64,000 bases of DNA. Source: a virus. A model generated the notes under the pieces. The model made no database searches. It worked only from the letters and a program-made list of their open reading frames with translations, and was not told the DNA's origin. Made by a program: the position numbers and the translations under genes. How positions within the stretch are numbered: position 1 is the first letter of the stretch; each line of letters starts with the position of its first letter. The DNA lies in the IMG/VR virus record IMGVR_UViG_3300029959_000004, positions 32,001 through 96,000 of that record. One strand, given 5' to 3'. Below, piece by piece: positions 59,785 to 64,000 of this stretch.

Positions 59785-61026
59785 TTATTTCTCTTTCACT
59801 ACTGAAGCTATAATTTCTAATCCTTCCGTGAGAGCTTCGTCTGTAATCGTCAACGGCGGAGCTATTTTGACGCTATTTTTATGTGTTCTAATCAATAAAA
59901 GACCTTTCTTAAAACATTTCATAACTATTCTATCTGCTTCTTTTTCATTCTCAGTGTGTATAGCACATAATAAACCATTTCCTTCAACTTTCAATCCTAA
60001 ATAATCCGTAAGAAAGTTAATCATAGAATATCCTAGTTTAGCAGAACGTTCTACTAACTTGTGTTTTTTTAAATACTTAAGATTAGCTAGCCCTGCCGAA
60101 CAAGCAATAGGATTAGCTGAATGTGTAGAAGACATACTACCTACGTCTACACAGTCAATTATATCTTTTCTTCCTATAACTCCAGACAGAGAAACACTAG
60201 AGCTAATACCTTTTCCTAGACAGATTAAATCAGGTCTATCTATATCATAGTGTTCATAAGCAAACATCTTGCCTGTTCTACCAAACCCCCCCTGTATCTC
60301 ATCAAAGCATACTAATATATCATTATTTTTAGCCCATTTAACTAAATATTGTATATATTGTTTAGGATAAAACTTAGCAGACCATCCTTGATAACTTTCT
60401 ATTATAATACCAGCAACACCTCTAGATTTACCATTGTCAAATATATTAATAAAACTTTCTATATTTTCTTGAAAAGGATTTATATATCCAACATCTTTAT
60501 ATTCTTCATTCGTATTAAAAGCCCAGCTGTTTTCTTTAGTTTCTCCTTTTAATCTTTCAGCTAACATTGTTCTTCCGTGCATAGCTCCTTTAACAGAATA
60601 AATAACATTTCTTCCTTTTTTTAATCCATAACTTTTCATTAATTTAACAGCAACTTCTGTGGCTTCTGTGCCTGCACTTACCAAGAAAGCTTTGCCTTTA
60701 GGATAGCAAGTTTCTATTAGTTCTTTTATAAAGTTATACCGCACTTCTGTTCCAAAAGTATATGAGTGAGCTAACGGTCTATTAATCTTCTTTCTGATAG
60801 CATTCATAACATCTCTGTTACCGTGCCCACAGTTTGCTACACATATGCCACTTGTAAAATCAATAAATTGGTTACCGTGTCTATCCCAAACTAAAAAATC
60901 TTTAGCTTTATCCCAAACTACAGGTATCTGTCCTTGCATACTATGTGCTTCATATTTATTTAAATTTTTTAAAAGTTCTAAATCTTTAAAATGAGGCAGT
61001 TGTGTAACTATCTTAGCATATTTCAT
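59785..61026 (-). CDS. class III PLP aminotransferase
   Basis: FIDFTSG, GTEATE, MHGRT, FDEIQGGFGRTG, LGKGI. Confidence 0.9.
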   Translation of the reverse strand: MKYAKIVTQLPHFKDLELLKNLNKYEAHSMQGQIPVVWDKAKDFLVWDRHGNQFIDFTSGICVANCGHGNRDVMNAIRKKINRPLAHSYTFGTEVRYNFIKELIETCYPKGKAFLVSAGTEATEVAVKLMKSYGLKKGRNVIYSVKGAMHGRTMLAERLKGETKENSWAFNTNEEYKDVGYINPFQENIESFINIFDNGKSRGVAGIIIESYQGWSAKFYPKQYIQYLVKWAKNNDILVCFDEIQGGFGRTGKMFAYEHYDIDRPDLICLGKGISSSVSLSGVIGRKDIIDCVDVGSMSSTHSANPIACSAGLANLKYLKKHKLVERSAKLGYSMINFLTDYLGLKVEGNGLLCAIHTENEKEADRIVMKCFKKGLLLIRTHKNSVKIAPPLTITDEALTEGLEIIASVVKEK

Positions 61027-61709
61027 TTCATTAATCCTTTCGCTAGTTTAAAATCAAATTCATCGTCTATCTCCATTGTTCTTTCTGTTACAAAAGGCAT
61101 TATAGAGTTACCATACAACTCGTTGTTTTCCAGTATTTGTTTGGTAACTAATATATCAACATAACCATTAGCACTATAAGACGTAGGAACTTGTTGATTT
61201 GGCAAGTTACTTAATTCTTTATTAAACGGCTCTAGATAGCAGTTCTTAATAGAATATGTTTTATATATACTTTCCTTCATCTCTTCTACGCTTCTTAAAG
61301 AAGAATATTTAGTACTGTCAAACTTTTTCATAGCTTTTCTTACTATGTTAGCGTCTCTAAAAGGAGTAGTAGGTCTTAAAAATATCAATTGATCTGGATA
61401 TTCTCTTTTTGTTATGTAATATTCATCTAAGAGATGTTTGATCCAATCTAAATCAGTTGAAATATTTGAAGCTAACTCTATCGGCCTCTTGATATTTATA
61501 AAAGTGGAGCGTACTAAACTATCAGAAAAATCGCTAACAGCTTTCAGTATCTCGTCTGAGTCTGAAGAAACATATACTGGCAAACTAAGCATTCTCGCTA
61601 CTCGTAGAGTATATTCTATTAGTTTATGTTTCCCAAGATTTTTAATATTCTTGTTCTTTACTCTTTGACTACCTGAACGAGCTCCGCAAATTACAATTCT
61701 ATTGTACAT
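61023..61709 (-). CDS. neuA: CMP-nonulosonic acid synthetase (NeuA-like cytidylyltransferase)
   Basis: ARSGSQRVKNKNI; LRPTTPFR; EIDDEFD. Confidence 0.85.
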   Translation of the reverse strand: MYNRIVICGARSGSQRVKNKNIKNLGKHKLIEYTLRVARMLSLPVYVSSDSDEILKAVSDFSDSLVRSTFINIKRPIELASNISTDLDWIKHLLDEYYITKREYPDQLIFLRPTTPFRDANIVRKAMKKFDSTKYSSLRSVEEMKESIYKTYSIKNCYLEPFNKELSNLPNQQVPTSYSANGYVDILVTKQILENNELYGNSIMPFVTERTMEIDDEFDFKLAKGLMK

Positions 61710-62538
61710 CTTTAGTTCTCCAAAGTTTTTCTCTAATCTTCATTTCCGAAGGCGTTATAACCTTTCTACCGTCTCCCAGTTGCTTTTCAGCGTCTTTAAT
61801 ATAATCGACCATTTTTTTAAATCCATTAATTTCTATTGAAGATGCTTGGTCACTCCCATACATTGTCCTATCTAAAGTTATGTGGGCTTCTATAGAACTT
61901 GCTCCCAAAACAACAGCTAATACGGGAGGAATAATACCGGGAGAATGACTACTAAACCCCACTTTACAATTGAAAGTGTCTTTCAGAGTATTTATAGTTA
62001 GTAAGTTCAAATCTTCATCGGGACAGGGATAGGTACTGTTACAAGACATCAGTTCATAACTACAGTCATATTCTTTAAAAATATTAATAGCATAATCAAT
62101 CTCTTGTATCGTAGACATACCGGTAGAAATGAAAGTATATTTCCCTTCTTTAGCTATTTCTCTTAATAATTCTTCATGACCCAATCTAGCTGAGGCTACT
62201 TTATTATATTTACAGTCGTATTTCTTCATAAATTCTAAACTTGATAAATCCCAAGAAGATACCATCAAATCTATCTTCTGTAAATCACAATATTTCTTTA
62301 TAATATCATATTCTTCTTCATTAAATTCTAACTGCTCCTTCAAATCCCTATTTGATAATCCAAAAGGAGACTCTCTATATTTATCTAACTCTTCTTTGGT
62401 GTATGTAGAATTTACATTTCTCTTTTGTAGTTTAAATACATCCGCACCAGCGAACACTGCACCGTCAATCAATTTTTTACACAATTCTATATTTCCAAGA
62501 TGATTAATCCCGGCTTCAGCGACGATTAATGTCTTCAT
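61699..62538 (-). CDS. neuB: nonulosonic acid synthase (NeuB-like, lacking C-terminal SAF domain)
   Basis: AEAGINHLG; KLQ; KVAS; STGMS; STYP; GFSSH; IEAHITLDR; GSD. Confidence 0.9.
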   Translation of the reverse strand: MKTLIVAEAGINHLGNIELCKKLIDGAVFAGADVFKLQKRNVNSTYTKEELDKYRESPFGLSNRDLKEQLEFNEEEYDIIKKYCDLQKIDLMVSSWDLSSLEFMKKYDCKYNKVASARLGHEELLREIAKEGKYTFISTGMSTIQEIDYAINIFKEYDCSYELMSCNSTYPCPDEDLNLLTINTLKDTFNCKVGFSSHSPGIIPPVLAVVLGASSIEAHITLDRTMYGSDQASSIEINGFKKMVDYIKDAEKQLGDGRKVITPSEMKIREKLWRTKDVQ

Positions 62539-63398
62539 TATTTCTCCTTTTTAATAGTCAAAACTATAGTATCTGATTTCTTTAATATTCTACACAAGTA
62601 CCATTTATATAGATTATCAAGAATTGGTATATTTATCTTTAGATTTGTTGGTTTCTTTCTAATTAGCCAGTTTAAATGATTAACTATTCCGTAATTCTGT
62701 TTTCTTTCTACGGTACAGTTAATTATCTTATTTCTATATAATAAACCACTTACGGTTTCTATAGTATAGAAGAAATGATGATCTGGTCTATAATAAAACT
62801 TCTCAAACTCTTTAATCTTATATATAGTCAATAAAGGATCTTCTAGATTAGGAAATTCCAGTAATATAGTTCCGTTATCTTTTAGTAAATCTTTCAATCT
62901 ACTTATAAACTTAATCGGATCTTTCATATGTTCTAAAATATGTAGTCCATAAATAAAATCATATTTAGCGTTGTCTAACTCTTTATCAAAAATATCATTA
63001 CAGTAAATTTTAGCTTTCTCATCAGTTACTGAGAAGTCTTTATCTATGCCAACAATATGATATTTATGTTTAGTCAAATATCTAACATTACTCCCAGAAC
63101 CACAACCTACTTCTAATATAGAGTAATTTCTGTTAATATATCTTTTTATATATTTGCTAATACGATCAGAAGGAGTTTTCTGATTTGAGAAATCTTTCTG
63201 CTGATTATAATTTTTATATATCTTCTCCAGTTCTTTATCACTCCATTGAGGTATTAACTGTACTGTTTTACAGTTCTTACACTCCACTATCTTTCTTCTA
63301 GTATTATAACACTTAAATCTAATCTCATCTTTTCTTGCTATCGTTCTTGATTTAAACAAGTCTTCTCCACAAATACTACAATGCATTTTTTTCTCCAT
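62538..63398 (-). CDS. class I SAM-dependent methyltransferase with N-terminal Zn ribbon
   Basis: CSIC...CKNC; LEVGCGSG; HILEH. Confidence 0.85.
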   Translation of the reverse strand: MEKKMHCSICGEDLFKSRTIARKDEIRFKCYNTRRKIVECKNCKTVQLIPQWSDKELEKIYKNYNQQKDFSNQKTPSDRISKYIKRYINRNYSILEVGCGSGSNVRYLTKHKYHIVGIDKDFSVTDEKAKIYCNDIFDKELDNAKYDFIYGLHILEHMKDPIKFISRLKDLLKDNGTILLEFPNLEDPLLTIYKIKEFEKFYYRPDHHFFYTIETVSGLLYRNKIINCTVERKQNYGIVNHLNWLIRKKPTNLKINIPILDNLYKWYLCRILKKSDTIVLTIKKEK

Positions 63399-64000
63399 TT
63401 AATTATGACGAAAGCCTCTCCACGTTAAGTCTTTCTCTATATAAAGTCTCTTTAGTTGTTTCTCTGCTGAGTATATTTTATTCTTATAGTAGTTACATAA
63501 CAACTGAAAGTTAGCACTATATAAAGCTTTATAAAATTCTTCGTCAGTTAACTCTGTAAAATTTATACTTAATAAGTCACTGTTTTTAAGTTTTTTCTCA
63601 TAAAAATTCGCAGTATCTTTAACTAAATTCTTTTCTTTTGCTGTTTCAAATAACTCTGACCCCGGATAAGGTTGTACTGGTGATATAGTTCTTAACTGAG
63701 CCCCATCATCATATTTAATTAAAAACTCTATTGCTTTCTTGAGAGTTTCTTTATTATCTCCTATGTTTCCAAACATTATGTTAAGACCTGGACTAATTCC
63801 TTCTTTTAAAGTAGCTTCTACACCATTAATAATCTGAGATACTGTTAAATCTTTTTTTATGTTAGTTAGAACTTTGTCATCTAAACTCTCTATACCGTAA
63901 TTAATAAATATACATCCTGCTTTCTTAAGCAATTTTAGTATTTCTGAATCTGTATAGTTTAATCTACCTTCACATCGCCATTTAATATTTAAAGGAATTA
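63399..64000 (-). CDS. radical SAM protein, B12-dependent class-like, C-terminal part (runs off window end)
   Basis: Frame open to the window end: WRCEGRLN...LKKAGC.FINYGIES...MFG...PYPGSEL. Confidence 0.75.
   Translation of the reverse strand, partial: IPLNIKWRCEGRLNYTDSEILKLLKKAGCIFINYGIESLDDKVLTNIKKDLTVSQIINGVEATLKEGISPGLNIMFGNIGDNKETLKKAIEFLIKYDDGAQLRTISPVQPYPGSELFETAKEKNLVKDTANFYEKKLKNSDLLSINFTELTDEEFYKALYSANFQLLCNYYKNKIYSAEKQLKRLYIEKDLTWRGFRHN

Noticed and set aside
1-64000. Alternative genetic code
   Set aside because: Long conserved genes are intact in code 11, and TAA, TGA and TAG all occur at plausible gene ends.

Overview
AT-rich segment of a large tailed dsDNA bacteriophage. It has a siphovirus-like tail module with no sheath gene. 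GGAG Shine-Dalgarno sites, sigma70-type promoters and a peptidoglycan amidase point to a bacterial host. The window has three blocks. (1) 1-23.1 kb: a leftward early/accessory arm with many small ORFs, a RuvB-like ATPase, an ATP-grasp / class II glutamine amidotransferase / two amidoligase cluster, 14 small mostly KOW/SH3-like proteins sharing a C-terminal tag, a cyclic-phosphate-processing receiver protein, an intein-containing RtcB, YopX and a secreted amidase-RlpA hydrolase. (2) 23.5-56.6 kb: a rightward virion module with tRNA-Thr, terminase, portal, protease/scaffold, capsid, tail, tape measure, split hub, fibres and an HNH endonuclease. (3) 56.6-64 kb: a leftward nonulosonic-acid/glycosylation cluster (NeuB, NeuA, aminotransferase, radical SAMs, methyltransferase, glycosyltransferases). 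The most striking signal is three hammerhead ribozymes, one each of type I, II and III, in intergenic gaps of the leftward transcript. They flank rtcB and sit next to a boxA-like element and a 17-bp long-range stem. I infer a self-cleavage plus re-ligation or circularisation mRNA-processing system. The second is the C-terminally tagged small-protein array interleaved with the peptide ligases. All calls come from motif reading by eye; no searches were run.
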